Shown here: in pieces, positions 1 through 13,084 of the stretch
How the letters are laid out: each line of letters begins with the position of its first letter
How positions within the stretch are numbered: position 1 is the stretch's first letter
Notes under the pieces: model-generated
What the model saw: only the letters and a program-made list of their open reading frames with translations
Told to the model about the DNA's origin: nothing
Databases searched by the model: none
DNA from: Lophium mytilinum
Taxonomy: Eukaryota
DNA: 64,000 bases
NCBI GenBank assembly: GCA_010093605.1
Contig: MU004185.1
Span: forward strand, 1,819,334-1,883,333
Reading direction: 5' to 3'
Translations under genes and position numbers: made by a program

Positions 1-22
1 AGAGTGTAAGGGGTATACATAC

Positions 23-203
23 TAAACTTCACAAACAGCAGCGGCTTCTGCGTGCTCGTGCGCGGCAGAATGGTGTGTTTGATGAGCATGCCGGTGGCGC
101 GCGCGTCCGGCGGCAGTTGGGCGAGGAAGGTGCGCGCGGTTTTAGAGAGCGGGGAGAAGGGGTTGAAGGAGGTGCGAACTTCGGAGAGGAAGCGGGTGAT
201 CAT
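23..203 (-). CDS. MRPL44: Mitochondrial ribosomal protein mL53 (yeast MRPL44 homolog), first coding exon; gene continues past the window's left edge
   Basis: Not in the ORF track. Manual translation from ATG at 203 gives MITRFLSEVRTSFNPFSPLSKTARTFLAQLPPDARATGMLIKHTILPRTSTQKPLLFVKF, resembling yeast Mrpl44 (MITKYFSKVIVRFNPF..AKVARLVLAAIPP). GTATGT donor at 22. Probable 5'UTR intron at 234-288 (GTAAG..CTAAT..CAG). Confidence 0.9.
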
Positions 204-699
204 GGCGGTGGTTGGGGTGGAAGAGGAGAGTAGCTGAGAGTATTAGATTGGAAGAATGAAGGGGATCATTGGGAGAGGGAGGGCTTACTGTGAGGAGGGG
301 CGGAGAGCGCAATTGGAGATGCGGGTGTGGGTGCGGGTGGTTTATTGATTTATGGAGGTTTTGCGGAGGGGATCGCGGGTTGTTCTGGTTGGATGGCTTG
401 GCGTTGGTGGAGGAAACATAGGACGGAGTAGAGTAGACTGTTTATAACTATTCAGTGGTGTATCTTTGTTAAGCATCATCTGAAGTCCCTCAACGTCTAC
501 TCAACAGTATTGTTTAGAGAGTTTCCACGCCTTCAAAGCTCCTCAGACGTCGTCCAACCCATCTATCACCCTTGTCCCCCAAAGACTCGCAAGAATAACC
601 GACTACCACCGCATCGTCATGGCCCTGACGATTTAAATGGATGCGGCCCTAACCTAACACCTGGCCTCCCCTCCCCGCGACGACGACCTTCTTTCAACA

Positions 700-2098
700 A
701 TGACCACCCTCGACGACCTCCATGAACTATCCCACCGCCTCTCCAACCTCTTCGACCAAAACAAAGCAGCCCTCCAGCTCATACACCGACTATCAAAACT
801 CAACTTCGGCACCACCTCCGACGAGAACGGCGTCCGACTCGAGCTCACAGCCGAGATCTCGGAAACCCTAAAGCAAACAGAACTCGACCTCGACGTCGTC
901 AGAGAAGACGTCGAACTACTAAGCATAACCCGGCCCAACGCTCGAGACCCCCGCCAACAACACCGGGACACCGAAAAAGAGCGCGAGAAGACACGGATAG
1001 CAGTCCAAGTCGCGAAGCTCGCCGAAGACCTGCGGAGGTACGTCTCCCTCACCCTCTCCTCTAGCTGAAACCGCCGTGCTAACGCCCCTCCCAGTACCCG
1101 TACGCAATTCGACAACGCCCAGCGCATCGCGAAGCGCAACGCGGAAGCCGCGAAGCGGAAAGAGCGCGAGCTGCTCTTCGCCGGCGCGCAGAGCGGAACG
1201 ACCACACCCTCATCAGCGTCACGAAGGAAGGGGAAGGATATCTCAGCAGACGAGGTGCTAGTGAACGCGTCGAGCGACGTGACAGCAGCATTACGGCGGA
1301 CACACCAGTTGATGCAATCGGAGCTATCGCGGTCGAGATTCGCACAGGAGACACTCGAGCAGAGCACCGCAGCTTTAGCAGATTTGGGTACGTCATTGGC
1401 ATTCCCGCTGCTGAAACGTGGCATGACGTACGGGGGCTAATATATATATTGCAGGCGACCACTACACTTCCCTCGACGACCTCCTCACCTCCTCCCGCAG
1501 CCTCCTCACAAACCTCGTCAAGTCGCAGAAATCGGATACGTGGTATCTCGAGACTGCGTTCTATATCCTCGTTACTACTATCATCTGGCTCGTCTTTCGA
1601 CGATTCCTTTATGGACCGCTTTGGTGGTTCCTCTACCTCCCGTTGAAGTTAACGTATAAGTTTGCTTTCTGGGTCCTTTCTGTTGTTGGTGTGACCGGCG
1701 GCGCGGCTTCGACGACGTCTGTAGCGATATCGGCGTCGCGGAGTACGAGTTTGATTGTTAAGCCTAGCGCGACGGGTAGACCGCCGGCGAGGATGCCTGG
1801 ACAGCAGCCGTATATGCGTGCTGGGGGTGGTGGGCATGGGGCGAAGAGCGATCCGAGTGATGAGGGGAGCATGTCGAGGCAGGTTGGGCAGATGGCGGAG
1901 TCTACGCAGCAGCAGGAGGGACAGCAAGCTCAGCAAGGACAGCAGCCAGCAGAAGGAGCGAAGGAGCAGCCGAGGAGAGGGGACGGGCAGCCGCTGGTGG
2001 ACTCGGATAAGCCGCGGAATCCGAAGAAGAGGATGTGGGATGAGGATGTGGAGAATGCGAAGAGGGAGGCGGAGGCGAAGGAGAAGGATGAGCTGTGA
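700..2098 (+). CDS. SEC20: SEC20-family ER SNARE (3 exons: 700-1037, 1095-1387, 1455-2098)
   Basis: Spliced reading gives ...LVNASSDVTAALRRTHQLMQSELSRSRFAQETLEQSTAALADLGDHYTSLDDLLTSSRSLLTNLVKSQKSDTWYLETAFYILVTTIIWLVFRRFLYGP, a Sec20 domain plus TM segment. C-terminus ends in KDEL. Canonical introns 1038-1094 and 1388-1454. Confidence 0.9.
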
Positions 2099-2304
2099 AG
2101 GGTATAGGAGCGATCATGAGAGACGATGGGATGAAATGAATATTATTACTCCAATGCTGGAGAAGAACCATTGCGAGTTGAGATGTGACTTCGTCGAACC
2201 AACATCAGCGCCCTTATCACGATATATTGCACTGGGTTCTGGCTACTTGACTGGCTCCTGTTTCTCCTGACACCGGAAAAATCCGCAGTTTCTATGACCC
2301 AAAA

Positions 2305-2506
2305 TAGGTTCCGTGCCAATAGTATGCCAGAATCGACTCTAAATCGTACGGACTGGCTCCCGTTTGTACTTCTCAGCTATGCGAGATTTACCCTGTGGTC
2401 ATGGCCTAATATAAGACGTCGGCCACTTCGCATAACCTCGGAAGCTAAATCCCACTCTTCCAATAGCATGCTAACGTTGAGGCCAAATCGCGCGGACTAT
2501 CTCCCC
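2305..2506 (+). repeat. ~200-bp direct repeat, copy 1
   Basis: Aligns by eye with 3950-4154 (shared blocks ggactggctcccgttt, catggcctaatataagacgt, ggaagctaa, tatctcccc). Confidence 0.85.
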
Positions 2507-3554
2507 GGAAGTTGATAGACGCGACTACGTGCTGGCCAAGTTCCAACTAATTGCTACGATGTCTATTTTCTCTGCCTTTTTTAAGAAGCCACAGTCGCTA
2601 ACCCTATGTAACGTGCTGAAGGCACTCTGCCCAAACTCTTCAATCGGGCCAAATGACTTTCATGACGCGGCGGCAGATACGCAGGCTTTGTTCGAGGTAT
2701 TTGAGGCAGCTATTTCATATGCCAATATTAAGTAGCTAGCTCGAGATAGCAGATGAGAAGTACGGGAATAAGTTCAGTCGGCATAGGAAGAACATTCCGA
2801 ACTTTACCAGATGCATTCTTGATAAGAGCTCCAAGTCCTGTGCAATGTGATACCAGGGGGGTGCAGCTAATAGGTACCAATTCTCGATGGCTAGTTGCCG
2901 CATTCGTTCTTTCCTAATCTTCACGCATCGCTCTTCTGCTCTTCTTCTCTTCAACTCCTCTTCATTCCGTCTCCCTCAACCATGCTCACCGTTATGTGAG
3001 CCGGGAATTACAACGATCAACCTCTTTACTACTCTTTTCCCCCATCTATCGGTGCCGCGGTCTCAGTTTCCGCAAGCTCTAGCCATCCAATCCTCCCACC
3101 CCGGCATCGATCGCCGCATCCTACAGCCACCCCATCCTCCAGTCGCGGTGTTAATCACTGCAGGCTCCAGCGCATCCTACCGTCTCGTGTTCTTGCCCCA
3201 ACAACCGTCTACATGGCGCGCATCATGCTGCTGCAGGCTGTAGCTACCCTACAAGAAGTGTACTATGACAAGAATCAGACCATTGAGGAACTGTATCAAC
3301 AACAGGTTACTCAAAGGATACACCGCAGATGAAATCAGAGAGATGGCAGCGCAATGGGGCCTTGGCCCTAATAGACCGCCTACTAATGAATCGCTCAGAG
3401 CAGCATGGACACCATGAGAAGACGAAAAGCTGTACCGCGGACCTATATCAGTGCCTTGTAGATCGAGAGACTCATGTTACACTCGTCGTGAAATCATAAA
3501 CAAGGCTCGGATACGTGCTCTCGCCACCACGCTTTCATCAAAGACGGCACCTAC

Positions 3555-3795
3555 CACCAGCGACCAGTCTTCTTCTTATTCAGTCCCTTCAAGCACCGCA
3601 CCCTTACTTCCGGGGAGCATCGTATCTCCAAAGCCCCAGCGGTTCCAGTAACGCCCACTGATCCAGAAGCTTCAACGCCATACGTCTCTCCACCGGCCTT
3701 CCATCGGGGTCAGCGCCTGTTATCAGCGACCAGCCTTCTTCTCATTTAGTGCCCTCGCGCGCCGCACCCTTTCCACCGAGGAGCATCGTATTTTC
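3555..3795 (+). repeat. Imperfect duplication of a ~70-bp unit (3555-3627 and 3722-3796)
   Basis: cagcgaccagtcttcttct..ccgcaccctt..ggagcatcgtat occurs twice, ~170 bp apart. Confidence 0.7.
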
Positions 3796-3949
3796 CGCTA
3801 CAATGTCCACCGGGCGGAAACGCCGCTCAGTTTCACCCGGGACATTACTTGCCGCCGAATAAGAGGCTGTTCTTGACATCAACATCTTACAGACCGGGCA
3901 AGAGGTAGGAATATTTTCTGTAGCATGTCTTTATGCTTGCTAACCTAGT

Positions 3950-4154
3950 ATATGGTCCGCGCTAATAGTATGCCAATATTGACTGTGAATCACATGGACT
4001 GGCTCCCGTTTAGACTTCTTAGCAGTGCGAGATTAACCCGTTGTTCATGGCCTAATATAAGACGTAGGTCACATCGCATAACCTTGGAAGCTAATTCCCA
4101 CTCTCTTCTAATAGCATACTAACGTCGAGGCTAAATCGCATGGAATATCTCCCC
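3950..4154 (+). repeat. ~200-bp direct repeat, copy 2
   Basis: Second copy of 2305-2506; many differences are transitions. Confidence 0.85.
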
Positions 4155-4215
4155 TATGCTTGTGTCCATGTTGAAAAGTACCAATATTCCAAGCTCTAAC
4201 TCAAAACCAGAAATA

Positions 4216-5791
4216 TCAGCTGTCATCGGCACAGCACGAACGCCCATAAGCGCTCGCAACCACACAACACGACTTCATCTCCGCCTCCTCGTTGACTCTA
4301 TAGTTACTCCTCAGCTGGACCTTGAGCTCCACGCCCGCCTCCGCGTAGGAGTCTAGCAAATCCTTCGGAGGCGTCCACACCATCGCTTCGAACGAGATGC
4401 CGTCTGCAACAGTCAAGCCTGTCAGCAACTGCTCTGTCAGACGAACGCAGCGGAGGCGAGGGAAGGCGGTCGGCTTAAAGGTCGCGAGTTCCTGGATCCA
4501 GTGGTAGTATTTGTGCGGCAAGTCGATCATGTTCTCGAGTTTCGTGACGTGGGGTGCGGAGAGGCTGAAGACGGCCGAGTAGAATTGGAAGTAGATCTGA
4601 GAGTGTGGTTAGGTTTTGCTATAGCGTGATTTATTATGGAGAGAAATGTACCTCTAGTTCTTCTAGGTTCGGCGGTAACAACTCCCACAACCCGCGGCGG
4701 TCCTCGTGGTCTGCAACGAAGCCATGATCGATGTCCATGTGCTCGCCGTAGGCGAATGCGCCCCATTTGAACCAGAGACCGGGCGCGACGCACATTTTTC
4801 GCAGTTTTGGGAAGTTGCTGAAGTCGGCTCTGGTGTTGTCGGTGTTTGCCCATGCGCGGGGGTCGTTTGTCATGTGTAGCTCTTCTAGGGTGTGTTGTAC
4901 GGGCTGGAGAGCTCGAGCGATTGCGGACGGGGTAAGATAGCGATCTGACGCCGTGAGACCGTAGTCGGGATCTCGGGCGCGACAACTCCGGCCTGGGAGA
5001 GTTGCTTTCAGCCGTTGAAGCTTTGGTGCGTATTTGAGAATTGCTTCGAGGACTGGTAGGGAGATTCGATACGTTCCTAGGTCGAGATGCTTGAGGCTGG
5101 AGGGCGCAGACAATCGCGATGCAAGGAATTTTTCTAAATTGGGGTTGAAGGTCTTCAGTGGCCCAGTCCCGCGTCCAATGTCGCAGAACTGGGATGCGGT
5201 GATTGTTTCGACTTCCGGTCGGATCATGACTGATGCCAGCTCGGTCGAGCTGAGTCGGCCCAGGTCTAATGCATATGATCGCAACGGGGACTTGGAGCTC
5301 TCTTTAAGGATGTATTTGGTATGATTGGGAAAACTGCGGGTGTGCCCAGTGATCGGGTTTCGGAATAGCTTATCTGATATCTCAAGGTGTCTTAGATTTG
5401 GCAAAGCCTTGAGCAGCGTCTCCAACTCGCCTTCATTTGATACGGTTGGCCTCGAGATCGCGGTCCAGGTGACACAGAGATTTTTCACCAGAGGACCGAT
5501 TGAAGTATTATTTTCAAGACTGCGGAGTAAAAAATAGAGAGTGTTGCAGTCTGGATTCGGATTACCGCTGCGAGAGACTATATCGCTCCAGTGCTTTCTA
5601 TCGGTGGTTGTCGGATATAACGAAAGACCGGAGCAGACTAGGATATCAATGGCGCGGTAAATGTGAGTTCTAGCAGGGGCGAGCAATCGACGACACGTCC
5701 TTGAGACCCTCAGCAAGTCCCGCTTGGAGTGCTCGAGGTAAGCTAGAATCTCGAGCAAAAGGTCATCCGGAAGATCCGTGAGAAGAGCCAT
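4216..5791 (-). CDS. F-box domain protein with LRR-like repeats (exons 5791-4652, 4596-4216)
   Basis: N-terminal F-box motif LLTDLPDDLLLEILAYL..LLRVSRTCRRL. LxxLxL repeats (LPNLRHLEI, LKHLDL, LEELHM, FPKLRKM). A 55-nt intron at 4597-4651 joins the 385-aa and 104-aa ORFs in frame. Confidence 0.85.
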
Positions 5792-6258
5792 TCTTTCTCT
5801 TAGACAGTGTGCATATATTTAGCACGATACGAGGAGAGTAGAGTTGTGTCCTAAGGGTGGAATATCTTAGAGTATGCAAGAGCGCGTTGTTCAGTGAGCT
5901 CGTGATGAAGGCCTAGGCGGTTTTTTTGCCTCCGAAAGTTTTTTCATTGGATACTGGGAAGACTACAGATCTGGCGATGAGTGTGCCTAGACTAGGAAGC
6001 TGTTTTTGCGTAAAGATTGAGGAAATTCGAGGCGAGGTTGACGGCAGACGTTCAAATATCTTACGCTGCGAGTCAGCGAGGCTATTCCAAATTTGGCAAT
6101 TTTCATACGCCGCCTTAGCTTCGCGTACAACCACTAGGCAAGCAACACCTCTCTCTTTCATTAGCATCCATTTATGAACGTCTGCGTATGGTGACGATGC
6201 GTATGAGGACCTGAAGCAACTTCTTCCAAGACCCGTGTCCCTACTAGCCAATCGATGA

Positions 6259-6777
6259 ATGTGGTCTCTCCTCAATCTCAACAACATCATGAATCCATCA
6301 AGCAACAGACGAACTACAGCCCTGTACAATCCCTCCATTGGCCAGTTCGATAAATATGGCTTTCGCAGAGTACCTCGAAAGGTTCCACAGAACGCCCCTC
6401 GGAACAGAGTCCGTCTAGAGAAAAGGCCAATAACCGTAGCAACTTTCATCGGATCTGGCGCCTTCGCTGTCCCAGTCATTGGAGGATTGCGCCTATGTTA
6501 CCGTGGCACTGCTTGGCCATTGATTTGGACATCCGCCATGAGTCTAGCGACTTTCATCATGTACGGCTACGACAAGTACCGATCTCGCAACTCGGGATGG
6601 CGCGTTCGAGAGACTACGATGCACTTATTCGAACTGCTAGGGGGCTGGCCAGGAGCTCTGCTAGGTCAACACTTTTTCCAGCATAAAACAATGAAGAAGG
6701 CATTTCAGGCCCAATTCTGGGTCATTGTAGGGATTCATCAAGTGGTCTGGTTCGCGACCTGGGGCAACGTTTCATGA
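6259..6777 (+). CDS. DUF1294-family small membrane protein
   Basis: Motif YGYDKxxA/S...WRVRETTMHLFELLGGWPGALLGQHFFQHKT is characteristic of DUF1294. The true start may be the downstream ATG (MNPSSN). Confidence 0.85.
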   Translation: MWSLLNLNNIMNPSSNRRTTALYNPSIGQFDKYGFRRVPRKVPQNAPRNRVRLEKRPITVATFIGSGAFAVPVIGGLRLCYRGTAWPLIWTSAMSLATFIMYGYDKYRSRNSGWRVRETTMHLFELLGGWPGALLGQHFFQHKTMKKAFQAQFWVIVGIHQVVWFATWGNVS

Positions 6778-7220
6778 AAGCGTATGATAGTAGGCCATAC
6801 GGCGGATATGCTACTGCTCGAATGCCGTTTCGAATGCTAGACATCGTTCTCAGGAGCAGTCCCGTTGGCGGAAAACCTGCCATTTCCCCAAGATCTCGAA
6901 CGAACGTGCACATTTGTAAATTGTCACGGCAAAGCACAGAAAAGGGTGGTCATCAGCGTTCCCGGGAACCTCAGAGTAGGATTGTACGTTGAACATCACA
7001 CCCTAGAAAGGAATCGTCGAAGAGGACCGAAACCCATGATACACTTTTCAATACTCCCCTAAGACATCATTCCAGAAGACCAAACCATTAAAAGTAGGAA
7101 ACCCGTCATAACCCGTCGTATCTTCCAAACAGCCGTTGTTCTCGTCCCGATATGTTATCGTACACTCCTGCCGCCGGACTCTTCACACATCCCTAAGCCG
7201 GCCCTATTGCCAGGATGCAT

Positions 7221-7587
7221 TCAGCGACCAGTGAAGCCGGAGGTTAGGTCATCACCAAGATCACCAGCCTTATCGCCGACAGGGTTCTTCAATCCTCCTC
7301 CAAGGGCATTGCCGAGGCCATTCTTCAGGTCGTTCACGTCTTTCTGGTCGGATTCGGGCATCTTGCTGATTTGGTCTGGCAAACTATCAGTACATAGCTA
7401 AGGTAATAACATGGTGGGTGTGCGTACCTTTCATGAGATAAGAAGCTTTGTTCTCTCCCATGGTCTCGAGTGCTTTCTTCTCCATAGCTCTCTTCAGCTC
7501 TGGGGGAATGCCGAAGAAGTAGACGGCGAGGGAAATCACGGCGACAATGCCCGCGAAGACAGTGAGGACGGACGCGGTAGTAGGCAT
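7221..7587 (-). CDS. Small hypothetical protein with an N-terminal TM helix (exons 7587-7428, 7375-7221)
   Basis: MPTTASVLTVFAGIVAVISLAVYFFGIPPELKRAMEKKALETMGENKASYLMK|DQISKMPESDQKDVNDLKNGLGNALGGGLKNPVGDKAGDLGDDLTSGFTGR*; intron 7376-7427 (GTACGC..CAG). Confidence 0.8.
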
Positions 7588-8328
7588 GGTGCTGGGTTTG
7601 GTTGGTCTGGTGAGCTTTAGGTAAGGTTTTGGGGAATGGAGAAGTGGAGGGGGGAAATTTTAGTTCAGGAAGTAGCAAACTGTCAGTGAACGAGAAAGCA
7701 GCAATGATTGCCCTGTTCATAAATAGGTATTTCGTGCATATTACCGCCCATGACGTCGGATCAGATCGACGCTTCCTTGGAACACGGGCCAACCTTCCCT
7801 GCCGTTGCCCAGCTCGCCTTACAACAAGGAAGAAAACGCCACAGCTTCAAGCCGTGGGCACGCCTCTAACTCCTGGACCCGTGAGACTCGCCGCCTGTTG
7901 CTCGGGAGGAAATTGTGTTATAAAGAAATTCTTATTTCGGACCCGCCAGCCTCGTTCAGGAAATGCCTAGAGAAATGCTGACTGACCAGTACTGCTGCTC
8001 AGCCGCAAAATTCAGCCCCAGGCGCGTTCAGGAGCAATGCTGGCACAAGCCCCCACCTCCTCCCAAACCACGCAACCCCTCGACACGCCAATTCAGCGCT
8101 GAAGCTTCCACGCTTAAAGTCTCTGATATTTCCTATCCTCACTCGCCTCTACCTGCCCTGCTCCTCGAATCCACTCTCCACACCTCACCATCCATTCTCC
8201 AACCTCTTTCTCAGAGCTCTACAGTTCTACCCCGCCTCTCTGATAGCACGCTTGGCAGCCTGCTCACGAAGAACACCCCTCGCTGACAGCGCAACACTTG
8301 AGGCTCTGCCTTAGACGTCGACTTCACA

Positions 8329-9817
<1,489 letters not shown>

Positions 9818-10273
9818 GGCCAGCGCCAAGCACTCCTGGACGATCCCTTACGATTCCTGTTCATTGTTTTCCTTCTTCTCGGGCGATTGTTGATTGTTGA
9901 TGGGCTAGCGTCGCCCGTAGTTGGCCTGTAATTGTTCTCTTAGCGATACCCTGTTGGTAGCAAAGGCCCAAGCAGGGAAAATGTCTAGACGCAGAGTGCG
10001 CACTCGATTGCTTCTCCCAATACACGAACATCGCTGAGACGGCGGCCTGATGCTGTGAATGAGATGTCTGTAGTCCATATTTAATGTGCAATGTGGCCCG
10101 TGCGGCTCACGTGACGCAACTCTCCCCAACACGCCCTGCCCAAAACGCCAGGATAGCGAACGCGAATGAGGCCCTGTTCACGCCCGCCGTCGCAACCACC
10201 ACAACGCCGGATCTGAGCCTAGAGATACCGAATTTCTCACTGACCTCGCCGAAGCGACCTAGCTGCAGTAAAA

Positions 10274-13084
10274 ATGGACCGCGAAGCCAAGCGCAAGGCG
10301 GCCGGCAATGCGACGCTGGACCACGAGGGTCGCGCAGCCAAACGCCAGAAGTTGCCGGTGAGTGAAATCAAATGCGCCCGTGGTGAGAGGGTGGGCGGCG
10401 TGCAGACGGCGAACAGCGGCTTTTGGTGGTTGGGATTGGGCAAGATGCTCCTTGTCGACGAGCGCGACGCTTAGGGCTCGACGACCAGCAGCATCTCCCA
10501 CCTCGCACCTCCATGCCCCTCCGCACCGCACGCCCGTCGAACGCAGCGCCGCCGCTATCCACCGCCGCGGCCGCGAGCCTGCGGGATGCACAGGAACAGC
10601 ATGACTGACGCGATGGATTGCAGGGCGACGCCGACCCCGTCATCGAGACGGTCGAGACGACGACGACCGTGGGCCTGAAGTTCGTCGACTCGCTGAAGGC
10701 CGCAAAGGACAAGACGTGAGTGCCTCCTGCGGCTCGGGACTGCGCCAGCCTCGCCTGGGTGCGATCGAAGAGCGTGTATATGCGCCTGCTCAGCCGCTGA
10801 CAATTTGCTATAGAGGTCGCCCGATTGCTACCCACTTCCTTGCGCTTCCGGACAAGGTACGTCTTCTACACTCATGGGGATAGGCCTGGGCTAACAACTG
10901 CTGCAGAATGCACTCCCCGTCTACTACGAAGAGATCCTCCTCCCTGTCGCAATTGACACCATCGAGGTACGCATGCCTTTCATTCCCCACCCATACTCTT
11001 TAAATACACCGGGAAGGCTGTTTAGTCTTCGGGTACACGGTCTGGAGATGCGTGGACATCTTCCACTGCTGGGGGCTCACTCATACACTCACTAGACGAA
11101 ATATAGAGCGCACTCATGACATTGGAACATTTGCTGACGGTAGTGAAATCAGACCAAGCTCAAAGCCGGACAATACTCCTCCCTCGCTCAGGTCGAAGGC
11201 GACCTCAAACGGCTGGTCCACAACGCGAAGACCTTCAACGACAGGAAGTCTCTCATCTACGACGATGCAGAGCGGGTTCGAAAGACGGCATCGAACTTTA
11301 TGGTCAAGCACAACCCATCCTATAGGGACCCTGGATACATTGCTGTGCCGACGCCGATACCAGAGCATCTGGTGAAGGAGAAGGAGAAGGAAAAAGAGAA
11401 AGAGAATGGAGTCACCGGATCGGCCGTCAAGCCTGCGGCTGGAGCCCACGACAGTGCTGATCGCTCACGACGTGCGGCGCCTGCTCAACACACCCCAACA
11501 GTGAAGGCCTTGCGCGCAACCAGCCGATCTACTATTGTAGAAGTCGACAATGCCGACTATAACAACAAATCTTTCCAACAAGCCCAGGAGCAAATCGTTG
11601 AGCAATTGATCCATTATACCGAAGCCGACCTTCAGATATTCCAACCTTTCATTAACCTGCCAAACCGATCCCTGAAGGATTATTACCAAACCATCAAGAC
11701 GCCAATGTCGCTAATGGGCGTCAAGAAGAAGGTTCAGGGGGTCAGGGGTAGAGAACCGGCAACAGGTTTCACAGATTTGAAGAGTTGGAAGGCATTCGAG
11801 GATGAAATGAGTCTGATTTGGCGGAATGCCAAAACTTATAATGAAGACGGCAGTGACATATTCAACCTGGCTGTGGAGTTCGAGGTATTATATTCTCCCT
11901 CTACGATATTGAACCGCGTTAGCTAACAGCCTCAGGAAATCTTTAGGCAGCGTCTTGCAGAAGCAAAGTCGAAAGTGGAAGAGCCGCCACAGCCGAAGCT
12001 GAAGATCAACATGTCCGCGCCAAAACAACAGTCTATCAAATTGAGGTTAGGGGGCATCAAAGGAAGCCCTACTCCTGGAACCCCGACGCCGGATACACCA
12101 GCCGGCCGCAGTTCAGGCACTCCAGGTGTTATTGTCGACAGCGGCGCCCTAGAGAGGCAGCGAAGCCACGTCCAAGCCAGCATGAACGGGCAGAGACCGA
12201 CTTCTTCCGGTACACCGTCGCAAGTTCAAGGACCTCGCAACCCATTCGGTGGTGGTAGGTCGGGATCAGGATCCATCCCTCCTCTTAGCGGCGATCCAAG
12301 CTATAGTGCTGCCGCATCTCCAGGCTTGAACGGCGTCAAGACAGAAACTTATCATGCTCAATCCCCTGCCCTTAATTCGATTCGCCTCTCCAGCGCAGCT
12401 CCTGAGGTGCAGAACCCACGCCTCAGCGTTCCTATGCATACACCGCTCGGCGGCTCAACGATGCCGCCACCGCAACATATAACGCCACGGCCTACAAGTG
12501 GGAGCCCTCACCCTCTCCCGAACATGGGTCAGTCTTTCGGATACAACCCACAGAGCTACAGCACGCAACCACCCCCGGCTGCATTTGAAAACCACGCACG
12601 CGCCGCGGGCAAATGTAAGTCTTTCGACATCCTATATCGTAATCACTTACACTAACGTCGTCAAAAAGCTGGCTCAGATGCCCTACTCCCATCGATACAA
12701 CTAAACACCCACCCGCTCCTCGTCCAGCAGAAACCTTGGTCCCACTCCATCCCCGCCTCGCGCGACAGCACTCAGCAGTCCCTCACTCTCACCCTCCCCG
12801 CCGCGTACCACTACCTCCAGATCGTCCCGCACATCCCGGTCGCCACGACGTCCCGCCTCTACCGCCTCTTCGTCACGGTAAACAACACCCGCATGCTGGA
12901 AGTCACGCGGCAGGACGGCCAGAAGGAGAAGGGCCGGCCGGTGTTTGAGGCTAAGCTCCAGCCGGGCGTTAATAGGATCGAGGTCGAGGCGGTCGCGGAG
13001 AAGGAGAAGGGCAGGAAGAGCGATGGAATGGGCGAGGTGGAGGGGGAGAAGTGCACGATTTTCGTGCATCTTATGAGGCCGTGA
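10274..13084 (+). CDS. Two-bromodomain RSC chromatin-remodelling subunit (Rsc4/Brd1-like), ~7 exons
   Basis: Bromodomain 1 is spread over short exons (GRPIATHFLALPDK, YYEEILLPVAIDTIE, DLKRLVHNAKTFND..IYDDAERVRK). Bromodomain 2 reads FQPFINLPNRSLKDYYQTIKTPMSL..IWRNAKTYNEDGSDIFNLA. C-terminal domain has LQPGVNRIEVE. No BAH domain seen. Confidence 0.85.

Noticed and set aside
654..1424. 256-aa antisense ORF, and similar shadow ORFs over cmkA, the F-box and hydrolase genes
   Set aside because: Overlaps a well-supported gene on the opposite strand; explained by GC-rich codon usage.
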